Source: an uncultured Desulfuromonadales bacterium (GTDB lineage: Bacteria > Desulfobacterota > Desulfuromonadia > Geobacterales > CAIOGM01). From it: DNA of 64,000 bases. The stretch spans positions 3,088-67,087 of the forward strand of contig CAIYUY010000097.1 in NCBI GenBank assembly GCA_903929485.1. The letters are read 5' to 3'. The notes under the pieces were generated by a model. The model saw only the letters and a list, made by a program, of their open reading frames with translations. It did no database searches and was not told the DNA's origin. The number at the start of each line of letters is the position of its first letter. The first letter of the stretch is position 1. The position numbers and the translations under genes are program-made. Below, one piece after another: positions 48,705 through 57,236 of the stretch.

Positions 48705-51206
48705 ATGAACAAATTAGTGTCATTGGTAGTTGTCGGACTGTTATTGTGTTGTTCAATGGGGAGCGCAAACGCGAAATCGATTCTCTATACTGATTGGGGC
48801 TCATATTTTAATATAGGTCACGGCGGAACAACAAATTTTGTCAAGGCTTTAAATGCTGCTTCTGAAAACAATCTGGTAAGCACTACAAACTTATCAAACT
48901 ACACTCTGATGAATCAGTACGACGCATTAATGGTTGATGCGAGGAGTCCGGGATTATTATCTTCGACTGAAATAGCAAATATTAAAACGTATAAAGCAAC
49001 AGGAAGAAAAGTCCTCTTAATCGGTGATGCGTTCGGATTTATTGCAAATTTTAATAATCAACTGATGGGTATTGTCGGTGGCACACATGACGGAGATGAT
49101 TATACAGGTGGTGCAACAAAGGTCATCGACAATGTGTTAACCAAAGGTGTGGATACCATTTGGTTGCAGTTTGTTGGTCGTGTGACCGGGGGAACGCCGC
49201 TGTTCAGTGTAAAATTCGCGTCCTTGTGGGGCGCGAATGTCTTGACGTCGTTTGACGTTAACGTATTTGACGATCAATACGGGAATAAACAGTTCCAGAC
49301 AAATGTGGCCCAATGGCTTGCCGACTCCAGGCTTCCGGTATATATGGATACCACGGGGAATAGCCGCCAAACATCTCCCGGCCTCGTAACTCAACAGGTT
49401 GCATTGGTATTCAAAACAGGAGCCAACGGGCCGTTCACCATCGGCGCTCTCAAAGTGGGCTTGTATCTCTCAAATTCAATCGGCAGCGGCTCCTTTACGG
49501 TTAGCCTGCGTGCGGTGGACGGCTCGAACAATCCCAGCGGCGCCGATCTGGCTTCGGTGGTCGTGAATACCGGCGCCTTATCTCAAGGAAGCACCGTGAA
49601 GGAGGTCACGTCTCTTGGGGATTTGGAGAGCTATAGTCTGGAAGCTAACACCAACTACGCCTTGGTCGTAAGTAACGGGACTCCCGGCATAGCTGTTTCT
49701 ATCGGTAGCGGCACACCGTACCTTGATCCAACCTACGGGTTTTCCTTGGTGATTCCCTCCCTGCTGACAACCGACAACGGTGGCTCCTGGGTTCCCGCGT
49801 TTGGACCAAACGCCTTGATGATGTCCATCGGCCCCTCCACTAAACCCACGTCCGCCACAGCGCTCTCCGCCGCCCCCAATCCGGTCACGGTGGGAAGCTC
49901 CGTAACCTTCACCGCCAGGGTCACCCCTGTCGCGGCCACGGGTACGGTCACATTCAAGGAGGGGAGCACGACGCTTGGCGCCGGTGCCCTTTCCGGTGGG
50001 ATCGCCACACACGATACCACCTCGCTGACCGCAGGAGTGCACAGTATTACCGCCGTTTACGGAGGTGACGGCAGCTATCAGGGCTCTACCTCCAGCGTCT
50101 ATACCCAGACTATCAACAAGGCGAACAGTTCCATTACCCTGGTTTCCGGTCTTAATCCGTCTAACTCCGGCCAGAGTGTCACCTTCACCGCGACAGTTTC
50201 CCCGGCTGGGATCACCGGCGGTACGGTTACCTTCTACGACGGCACCACCGCCTTGGGAGTCGGGGCTCTGGTAAGCGGTACGGCCAGCTACAGTATCAGC
50301 TCCCTGAGCGGGGGGAGTCATGGCATCACTGCCGTCTATAGCGGCAACAGCAGTTACAATGGTTCCACCTCGGCGGCCCTTACTCAGACGGTAAACACGG
50401 TTGTCACCGTCGGAACCTCATCCGAGGGGCGGAGCTTCTCCGTTGACGGTACCACGTACACCTCCACCCAGACCTTTGTCATGTCGGCGGGGAGTAGCCA
50501 TACCCTGGCCGTAACTTCACCCCAGACAGGGGCGGCAGGAAGTAGATACTCATTTACCTCCTGGTCCGACAGCGGCGCACAGAGTCATAGTATCACTGTT
50601 CCAAGCTCGAACACCACCTACACCGCCGCCTTCGGCGCTCAGTATCAACTGACCACGGTGGTGAATCCATCGGTGAGCGGTTTTGTCCTGCCTATTACCG
50701 GAAGCTGGTACGGTGCGGGGAGCAGGGTGAACGTCTCCGTCACCCCCAATACGGGGAGCGCCTTTAGTTCATGGACCGGTCCGGTGGCCAATCCTAACAG
50801 CGCCGCCACTACTGTCACGATGACTGGCCCGCTTAGTGTCACCGCCAACCTGTCCGGCATTCCGGCGCTTACCTCCAAAGTAACCGGCAAGAGCGGGACT
50901 ATCGACAACCGTCTCTGGACCGTCACCCTGACCAACAGCGGCGCCGGAGCGGCCACCAACGTCAACATCACCGGCCTGATCATTACTCCGGGAACCGGCG
51001 TTACCTGCACACCCACGGTGAAGAGCAGCTTCCCGGTACCGGTGTCCGATGTGGCGCTTGGTGCGCCCCAAAGCGGAGTCGTCACCCTTGACTTCACCGG
51101 TTGCGCCGCCACCAACAAGTTCAATGTCCGTGTTGACTACGGCTATGGCGATTCCGGCGGCGGCTCTTACAGCAGGAGTGACAGTTTTTATAACATGATG
51201 AGGTAA
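48705..51206 (+). CDS. Large secreted multi-domain protein A: unknown head, 2 Ig-like repeats, and a conserved C-terminal module
   Basis: Signal peptide MNKLVSLVVVGLLLCCSMGSANA with an aagaaggag RBS. Ig-like repeats of the form VTFTA.V.P....G.VTF.DG...LG...L..G.A......L..G.H.ITAVY.G...Y.GS. InlB-B-repeat-like F.SW.GPVAN.NS..TTVTMTGP.SVTANL. The last about 270 aa are paralogous to 55227-56014. Confidence 0.85.
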   Translation: MNKLVSLVVVGLLLCCSMGSANAKSILYTDWGSYFNIGHGGTTNFVKALNAASENNLVSTTNLSNYTLMNQYDALMVDARSPGLLSSTEIANIKTYKATGRKVLLIGDAFGFIANFNNQLMGIVGGTHDGDDYTGGATKVIDNVLTKGVDTIWLQFVGRVTGGTPLFSVKFASLWGANVLTSFDVNVFDDQYGNKQFQTNVAQWLADSRLPVYMDTTGNSRQTSPGLVTQQVALVFKTGANGPFTIGALKVGLYLSNSIGSGSFTVSLRAVDGSNNPSGADLASVVVNTGALSQGSTVKEVTSLGDLESYSLEANTNYALVVSNGTPGIAVSIGSGTPYLDPTYGFSLVIPSLLTTDNGGSWVPAFGPNALMMSIGPSTKPTSATALSAAPNPVTVGSSVTFTARVTPVAATGTVTFKEGSTTLGAGALSGGIATHDTTSLTAGVHSITAVYGGDGSYQGSTSSVYTQTINKANSSITLVSGLNPSNSGQSVTFTATVSPAGITGGTVTFYDGTTALGVGALVSGTASYSISSLSGGSHGITAVYSGNSSYNGSTSAALTQTVNTVVTVGTSSEGRSFSVDGTTYTSTQTFVMSAGSSHTLAVTSPQTGAAGSRYSFTSWSDSGAQSHSITVPSSNTTYTAAFGAQYQLTTVVNPSVSGFVLPITGSWYGAGSRVNVSVTPNTGSAFSSWTGPVANPNSAATTVTMTGPLSVTANLSGIPALTSKVTGKSGTIDNRLWTVTLTNSGAGAATNVNITGLIITPGTGVTCTPTVKSSFPVPVSDVALGAPQSGVVTLDFTGCAATNKFNVRVDYGYGDSGGGSYSRSDSFYNMMR

Positions 51207-51210
51207 TTCC

Positions 51211-51238
51211 GTAGGGGCATGGCGCGCCGTGCCCCTAC
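51211..51238 (+). promoter_or_regulatory. Intercistronic GC-rich palindrome 5 nt after the stop of protein A
   Basis: gtaggggcatggcg / cgccgtgcccctac. Confidence 0.6.
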
Positions 51239-51271
51239 AACATAACCAATATCACACAAGGAGATAGAATC

Positions 51272-51835
51272 ATGTTCAAACGAATCATCACGACCCTGGC
51301 CCTCACCACCCTTCTGGGGGCGACCGGAGTTCAGGCGTCAATTCTGGACGTCACCTCCAAGGATCTGGCCGGGACGCCGGGGAGCCGCGTGGGGTGGAGC
51401 TTTTCTCTCAATAATGACACACCCTTTGACCTTTATGTCCTGCGGGTCTACGCCGACGGCACGCTTTTTGGCGCCGACGGGGACAGCGCCCTGGGAACTT
51501 TCCGGGATGAGATCGCCTACACCACCGGTAATGATGGCATCGTGGTGGCTGCCGGTGATACTTATACCGGCAGCTTCCCCGCCAACGGCCTGGCCAGCTT
51601 CGCCATCAACAGCGGGGCGCCCTATCTGGCGTCGGTGAGCGGGAAGATTTACCTGGATTACGAACTGTATGACGTTAATGTGGACTTTCAGGGGGCGGGG
51701 GTGTTGACGGCCCAGTATCGGGGAGGGGATGCACTGGCCTCGGTGACCGCCGTTCCCGAACCATCCACGTACCTTCTTGTTTGTCTTGGAGTGGGGGGGC
51801 TGGCTCTGCTTCGGCGGCGGCAACGAAACCAATAG
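51272..51835 (+). CDS. Small PEP-CTERM-anchored protein A (187 aa)
   Basis: Signal peptide MFKRIITTLALTTLLGATGVQA. The C-terminus VPEPSTYLLVCLGVGGLALLRRRQRNQ has the PEP, TM helix and Arg cluster of an exosortase sorting signal. aaggag RBS. Confidence 0.88.
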   Translation: MFKRIITTLALTTLLGATGVQASILDVTSKDLAGTPGSRVGWSFSLNNDTPFDLYVLRVYADGTLFGADGDSALGTFRDEIAYTTGNDGIVVAAGDTYTGSFPANGLASFAINSGAPYLASVSGKIYLDYELYDVNVDFQGAGVLTAQYRGGDALASVTAVPEPSTYLLVCLGVGGLALLRRRQRNQ

Positions 51836-51941
51836 TTCGGGAAAAGCAGGGTGATTCTCGATAATAAACATACTACGATTCTGAATCCGGTTTTGTGGGG
51901 GCACCCCCGGCGCCTTCCCGCCGGGAAGGGTATTTTTTATG

Positions 51942-52243
51942 TCACCGTGCCAACCGGAGCGAGATATCCATCTTCTCGTGGAGAACCCGGATTATTTCCG
52001 GGCGCCCATCTTCAAGCCAACGAAAAACAATCAAGTGGCGGCTGATTTTATACGTCAGGCAACCCAGCTCAATACAGGATAAGTCACGGTTGCGGGTTTC
52101 GCGCCGGGTTATTTTTTCAAAGCAGGCAAAGAGACGTTCAGGTAAATAGCTTCCTGCTCTTTACTCCAACTCTTTTTGGTGTAGTGAGCCATCTCACGCA
52201 GGTCATGCAGCGCCGATTTCTTTATCTTGAACGGCAAACTCAC
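51942..52243 (-). pseudogene. parE: ParE-family toxin with a 1-nt frameshift near 52136
   Basis: Frame 1 reads VSLPFKIKKSALHDLREMAHYTKKSWSKEQEAIYLN and stops at 52111-52109. Frame 2 reads RLFACFEKITRRETRNRDLSCIELGCLTYKISRHLIVFRWLEDGRPEIIRVLHEKMD..*. Total length is 302 nt. Confidence 0.75.
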
Positions 52244-52485
52244 GGCAGGGGAGGTTCGTCTTCAATCCCCGCTATGAAATCTTCATAGGAACATTCCACC
52301 GACTCACTCTCCATTCCCAGGGCAATGGCCCGCTTGAGAGCCATTGCTTTCGCCTGATGCTCTTCCAGCAGCGTCAGTCCGGCGCGAATAACTTCGCTGC
52401 GAGAACAGAACCCAAAGTCACTGACTTGTGAGTCGACAAACGCCTCAAAATGAGGTCCCAACGTGACGCTGGCATTTCTGGACAT
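52240..52485 (-). CDS. parD: ParD-type (RHH) antitoxin
   Basis: MSRNASVTLGPHFEAFVDSQV.......SEVIRAGL.LLEE. GTGA overlap with the parE start. Confidence 0.8.
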   Translation of the reverse strand: MSRNASVTLGPHFEAFVDSQVSDFGFCSRSEVIRAGLTLLEEHQAKAMALKRAIALGMESESVECSYEDFIAGIEDEPPLP

Positions 52486-52687
52486 ACCTGCCTCCCCCCC
52501 GATGAGTAATACTTTGTAGTATAGATTGCCCCGATCGGATAGGCAAGCGGGGGTTTTTATCCCCGCCACAATAATTCAGATTGAATCTCAGCATTGTCCG
52601 GTTTGGTTTTTGCAGGTGGATTATAAGTCCCCCCGCCCCTCGCGGGTGACCATCGCACACACTTAACTCCGTGGGTGATATCGGCTA

Positions 52688-52888
52688 CACGGGATTGTCC
52701 TGGCCCCCCAAGACACAACGACTCTCACTTATGGCGCTCATCCGGCGACTCTGGGGCTGGGGCCGATCAACAACATCGCCAACCGCTCCATGGGGCTGAT
52801 GCTCCACGATACCCTGGCGTTTACTCCTGACGGGACCCCTTTGGGGATTCTGGATGCGCAGTGTTGGGCGCGAGACCCACGGCGTTAA
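52688..52888 (+). mobile_element. Internal 66-codon fragment of an IS4-family (Tn5-like DDE) transposase
   Basis: Reads HGIVLAPQDTTTLTYGAHPATLGLGPINNIANRSMGLMLHDTLAFTPDGTPLGILDAQCWARDP. This matches the region around the first catalytic Asp. No ends and no remainder of the gene are present. Confidence 0.65.
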
Positions 52889-52909
52889 GCGTGGGTAAAG
52901 ATCACCCCA

Positions 52910-53264
52910 GCGGGGGGAGGCCTGTCTTGAGCGAAGTCGAAGGGTTGGGAGGGGGGAGGCAGAGGAGGCGCAAATAAGTTCTCTTCAGAGTCTTTGCGAG
53001 GAACGAAGTGACGAAGATCTGCCTTTATTTTGCCAGCTGTCAGTTTTGAGATTGCTTCGCTTGCTTCGGCTACCCTTCGACTTTGCTCAGGGACCACGCG
53101 CAGCACAAGTCGCTCGCAATGACAGCATTTGCGAGTGTCTTTAGAATGGAGGACTTCCGGGAGCAAGAATAGTAGAGGAGTCTACTTTACTCCGGGTGAC
53201 GGCGATTTGGCAACGAGGCTGCGCAACCTCGTAGAAAAAAGTCGTAATTTCGTAGAGAAAACGG
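52910..53264 (+). repeat. Upstream block shared with 48139-48358 (cassette B copy), carrying a 135-bp nested insertion at 53001-53135
   Basis: Collinear with the A copy apart from the segment between two tttgcgag octamers (52993-53000 and 53128-53135). Confidence 0.8.
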
Positions 53265-53404
53265 TTCCAAATGCTGTGGTAACTATGTAAAATATGTTTC
53301 CATTGTTACCATGGAGTCATATTCATCAAAAGTCGTCGGCCATGCACCGGGTTTATGGTGCGTACCAACAACCTCATGCAGATCAACACTCCACGGAGGG
53401 CATC

Positions 53405-56014
53405 ATGAAGGGACTATCAAGGATCATCCCGGTTGGTTTACTGCTGATGGCGTTGTTTTCCGGTTCGGCGGGAGCCGCATCGTATTCGGGAGGCTCCGGA
53501 ACATCCGGCGATCCTTACCTGATCGCCGATCTGGTCGACCTGCAAGCGTTGCAGAGCGATAGCCAAACAACTACCTTCACCGGGAAATATTTCAAGCAGA
53601 CCGCCACTATCAACCTGAGCGCGATAGCGAATTGGGGAGGAATCGGTAATAATACCGGTTCCGAGCCGATGTTTGCGGGAAAGTACGATGGTGGCGGGTT
53701 TTCGGTCTCGAATATGACAATCAGTGAAGCAGGAGCCAGTGACAACCGTAAATGTGCAGGGCTTTTCAACTCCTTGGGGGCAGGCGCCGTGGTGAAGAAT
53801 TTGGCTGTGACGAGCGCTTCGGTAACCGCAAAAGGTGATGCGGCCAATCATGGCGTGCTGGCAGGTTATGCGACTTCGAGCACCATTACCAACAGCTACA
53901 CCACCGGCACCGTAACAACGACAACCGATACGGGCGGTGGCGATGGCGTGGGAGGTTTGGTCGGCTATGCAAATCGTTCAACGATAAGCTTTAGTTATTC
54001 GCTGGTCAGCGTAACCGGCACCCGCGTCGTTGGCGGACTGGTTGGAGTCAATTTTGGGGTGATCACTAACAGTTTCATGGCAGGCGCCGTAAGCGGTGGT
54101 TCGTTCAGGGGGATACTGGTCGGTGATCTGAGCACATATTCGGCAGTCAGTTATGTGCCTTATTCCGGGACAGGCGCAGCAAGGGCCAACGGTGCGGGCT
54201 CAGTCACCCCCGCGAAATTGAACAACAGCCCTTTAGTGGCTGCGGGTCTGTTCAAGGATTCAGCCAATTTTCTGACCACGGCAAGCCCCGCCTATTTTTC
54301 CCTGGATTGGGATTTTGTCAGAGTCTGGCAAATAAATCCGGCGGTCAATAACGGCTATCCGATCCTTCGGGCGCCAATCGGAGCGCCTGTCGCCCCCACC
54401 GCGATCACCACTGCCGCCACCACTATCACGGCTACCGGAGCGACCCTGAACGGCCAGGTCAACGACAACGGCGCCGCCACCACGGTTACCTTTGACTACG
54501 GTCTGACCACCGCCTATGGCGCCACTGTCGCGGCCACCACCAACGGCACGGTCAATGCGGAGTCAGGTTACAGCGCCGTCGCCAGGACCCTTACCGGCTT
54601 GACCTGCAATACCTCCTACCATTTCCGGGTTAACGGGGTTAACAGCGCCGGGACAACCAACGGCAGAGACGCTACCTTCTCCACCTCAGTCTGCCCCGCC
54701 CAGACCATCACCCTGGATCGGGCCGCCCCGGCCGGCGCCGTTTTCAATAGCAACTTCGATGTCAAGGCCCACGCCGGTTCCGGGCTTGACGTGACCGTCA
54801 CCACCGGCGGCGCCTGCTCGGGGAGCGGCCGCAGCAGCGGCAATCCGGGGAGTCCGGTCACCATCACCATGATCAGCGGCGCCGGCGACTGCACGGTCCA
54901 CTTTGATCAGGCCGGTAACAGCAGTTACAGCCCAGCCCCGCAGGTTAACAACACGACTACGGCGAGCAAGGGCTCCCAGAGCATCGTGGTCACCACCTCG
55001 GCTCCGGCTTTCGCGGCCTACGGCGCCACCTTCACCGTGGCGGCCTACGCCACCTCGGCCCTCCCCGTGACCTACAGCAGCGGCAGCCCCACGGTCTGTA
55101 CCAATGCGGGCGCCGACTTCACCATGATCGGCAGTATCGGCCCCTGCAAGGTCCAGTATGACGTTGCCGGCACCGCCAACTTCAACCCGGCCCCGCGGGT
55201 GGTGGAGAACAGTGCGGTCAGCGCCGTCAGTGTCACGATCCGGACAAGTCCGGACGGCCGTGCCTTCACGGTGGACGGCACGTATTACACCACGGCGCAG
55301 ACCTTTACCTGGACGCCGGTGAGCAGCCACACCATTGCGACCACGACGCCCCAGGTCGGGACTGCCGGCGTCCGCAACCCCTTCAGTTCCTGGTCCGACA
55401 GCAGGGCCATGAGCCATCTCATCACCGCCCCGGCCACGGGGAGCGCCACCTACACCGCAACTTTCGGCACTGAATACCAACTGACCACGACGGTAACCCC
55501 GGCGGCCAACGGCTATGTCCTGCCTCTCTCCGGGAACTGGTATGCTGCGGGGAGCATAGTCGTCGTCTCCGTCACCCCCAACACCGGGAACGCCTTCAGT
55601 TCCTGGAGCGGACCGGTGGCCAACGCGAACAGTTCCGCCACTACCGTCACCATGACCGGCCCGATCAGTGTCACCGCTAACCTCTCCGGCATCCCGGCAT
55701 TATCCACCAAGGTCACCGGCAAGAGCGGTGTCATCGACAACCGCCTCTGGACCATTACCCTGACCAACAGCGGCACCGGCACGGCCGGCAACGTGCGGGT
55801 TACCGGTTTCACCGTCACCTCCACAAGTTGCACCCCTGTCGTAAAGGGGAGCTTTCCCGTGCCGGTAGCCGATGTGGCGCCGGGCGCGCCCCAAACCGCG
55901 AACATGACCATTGACTTCACCGGTTGCGCCGCCACTGCCAAGTTCAACGTCCGGTTCGATTACAGTTACGGACCGTACACCGGCAGCGACAGCTTTTACA
56001 ACGTGATGCGGTAA
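53405..56014 (+). CDS. Large secreted multi-domain protein B: GLUG-motif head, FN3-like domain, 2 Cys-pair repeats, and a conserved C-terminal module
   Basis: Signal peptide MKGLSRIIPVGLLLMALFSGSAGA with a ggaggg RBS. GLUG-type repeats (GLF, GVLAGY, GGLVGY, GGLVGV). FN3-like segment ATLNGQVNDNGAATTVTFDYG.T.AYG. The C-terminal about 270 aa are paralogous to protein A. Confidence 0.85.
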   Translation: MKGLSRIIPVGLLLMALFSGSAGAASYSGGSGTSGDPYLIADLVDLQALQSDSQTTTFTGKYFKQTATINLSAIANWGGIGNNTGSEPMFAGKYDGGGFSVSNMTISEAGASDNRKCAGLFNSLGAGAVVKNLAVTSASVTAKGDAANHGVLAGYATSSTITNSYTTGTVTTTTDTGGGDGVGGLVGYANRSTISFSYSLVSVTGTRVVGGLVGVNFGVITNSFMAGAVSGGSFRGILVGDLSTYSAVSYVPYSGTGAARANGAGSVTPAKLNNSPLVAAGLFKDSANFLTTASPAYFSLDWDFVRVWQINPAVNNGYPILRAPIGAPVAPTAITTAATTITATGATLNGQVNDNGAATTVTFDYGLTTAYGATVAATTNGTVNAESGYSAVARTLTGLTCNTSYHFRVNGVNSAGTTNGRDATFSTSVCPAQTITLDRAAPAGAVFNSNFDVKAHAGSGLDVTVTTGGACSGSGRSSGNPGSPVTITMISGAGDCTVHFDQAGNSSYSPAPQVNNTTTASKGSQSIVVTTSAPAFAAYGATFTVAAYATSALPVTYSSGSPTVCTNAGADFTMIGSIGPCKVQYDVAGTANFNPAPRVVENSAVSAVSVTIRTSPDGRAFTVDGTYYTTAQTFTWTPVSSHTIATTTPQVGTAGVRNPFSSWSDSRAMSHLITAPATGSATYTATFGTEYQLTTTVTPAANGYVLPLSGNWYAAGSIVVVSVTPNTGNAFSSWSGPVANANSSATTVTMTGPISVTANLSGIPALSTKVTGKSGVIDNRLWTITLTNSGTGTAGNVRVTGFTVTSTSCTPVVKGSFPVPVADVAPGAPQTANMTIDFTGCAATAKFNVRFDYSYGPYTGSDSFYNVMR

Positions 56015-56021
56015 TACCGCT

Positions 56022-56043
56022 GGGGCACGGCGCGCCGTGCCCC
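56022..56043 (+). promoter_or_regulatory. Intercistronic GC-rich palindrome 8 nt after the stop of protein B
   Basis: ggggcacggcg / cgccgtgcccc, perfect. Confidence 0.6.
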
Positions 56044-56164
56044 TTACTCAATTGGTCGAACCATGGTTATTGCCGGCCGGACAAGCCCGAACCAAACAGG
56101 ACGCGGATAAACGCCGATGAACGCGGATCTGAAACATATAAACCTGACCGAAGGAGTCAAATCT

Positions 56165-56728
56165 ATGTTCAAACGAATCATCACCACCCTGGCCCTCACC
56201 CTCCTCCTGGGTGTAACAGCAGCCCAGGCGATGTCACTGAATGTCATCACCAAGGATCTGGCGGGGACGCCGGGGAGCCGCGTGGGGTGGAGCTTTTCTC
56301 TCAATAATGACACCCCCTTTGACCTTTATGTCCTGCGGGTCTACGCCGACGGCACGCTTTTTGGCGCCGACGGGAAGAGCGCCCTGGGAAACTTCCGGGA
56401 TGAGATCGCCTACACCTCCGGCAATAACGGCATCGTTGTGGAGTCGGGGGAGACCTACAACGGCAGTTTCCCCGTGGACGGCCTGGCCAGCTTCGCCATC
56501 AACAGCGGCGCTCCCTACCTGGCGTCGGTGACCGGGAAGATGTATCTGGATTACGAACTGTATGACGTTAATGTGGACTTTCAGGGGGCGGGGGTGTTGA
56601 CGGCCCAGTATCGGGGAGAGGAAGCTTTGGCTTCGGTGACCGCCGTTCCCGAACCCTCCACCTACGCTCTTGTCGGTCTCGGTCTGGGCGGCATGGCCCT
56701 GCTCCGCCGGCGGCAGCGGGACCAATGA
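56165..56728 (+). CDS. Small PEP-CTERM-anchored protein B (187 aa)
   Basis: Near-identical to 51272..51835. C-terminus VPEPSTYALVGLGLGGMALLRRRQRDQ. gaaggag RBS. Confidence 0.88.
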   Translation: MFKRIITTLALTLLLGVTAAQAMSLNVITKDLAGTPGSRVGWSFSLNNDTPFDLYVLRVYADGTLFGADGKSALGNFRDEIAYTSGNNGIVVESGETYNGSFPVDGLASFAINSGAPYLASVTGKMYLDYELYDVNVDFQGAGVLTAQYRGEEALASVTAVPEPSTYALVGLGLGGMALLRRRQRDQ

Positions 56729-56903
56729 TCCGGAGTTGAGTGTTACGATACAGAAGTGAGGGAAATCGGGTGGGATGAGGTAAAGGGGGGCTCTTAAAAG
56801 AGGCCCCCTTTTTTTGCCTGTTTGTCTCCATGACGAACAGAGCTCTTGCGTTTTAAAAATTAACATGTAAAATTGTATGTAAAATTTAGCATGAGGTGAT
56901 GAT

Positions 56904-57236
56904 ATGTCCAGATACGGAAGAGAAGAAATAATGTCCTCCAGTGAGGTCGTCAGGAACTTCGGGTCTGTCCTGAACAGTGTTTCTCAACATACTCGTGAAA
57001 AAGTCGCCATTGTTCGTAATAACAAACTGGAAGCTGTACTGCTTCCCGTGGATGTTTATGAGCAGATGGAACGTGTTTGCGAAATGGTAAAGAATGGTCA
57101 TGGTCTGTCGGGTGGTGTGGGAAACAGTGGCGCATTGCTGGAATTTCTTCGCACAAATCGACTGTCTGCCGCGGCCCGCATGTCGCCGAAAGAGATTGAG
57201 CAGCAAATTCTTGAAGAGCGGGAGGCATGGGAATGA
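56904..57236 (+). CDS. Phd/YefM-type antitoxin
   Basis: SSSEVVRNFGSVLNSV....EKVAIVRNNKLEAVLLPVDVYEQM. Confidence 0.75.
   Translation: MSRYGREEIMSSSEVVRNFGSVLNSVSQHTREKVAIVRNNKLEAVLLPVDVYEQMERVCEMVKNGHGLSGGVGNSGALLEFLRTNRLSAAARMSPKEIEQQILEEREAWE

Noticed and set aside
49578-50321. 247-aa minus-strand ORF, and similar ones at 54686..55480, 50645..51124 and 55513..55947
   Set aside because: They lie antisense to the large secreted proteins and are Gly/Arg-rich shadows.
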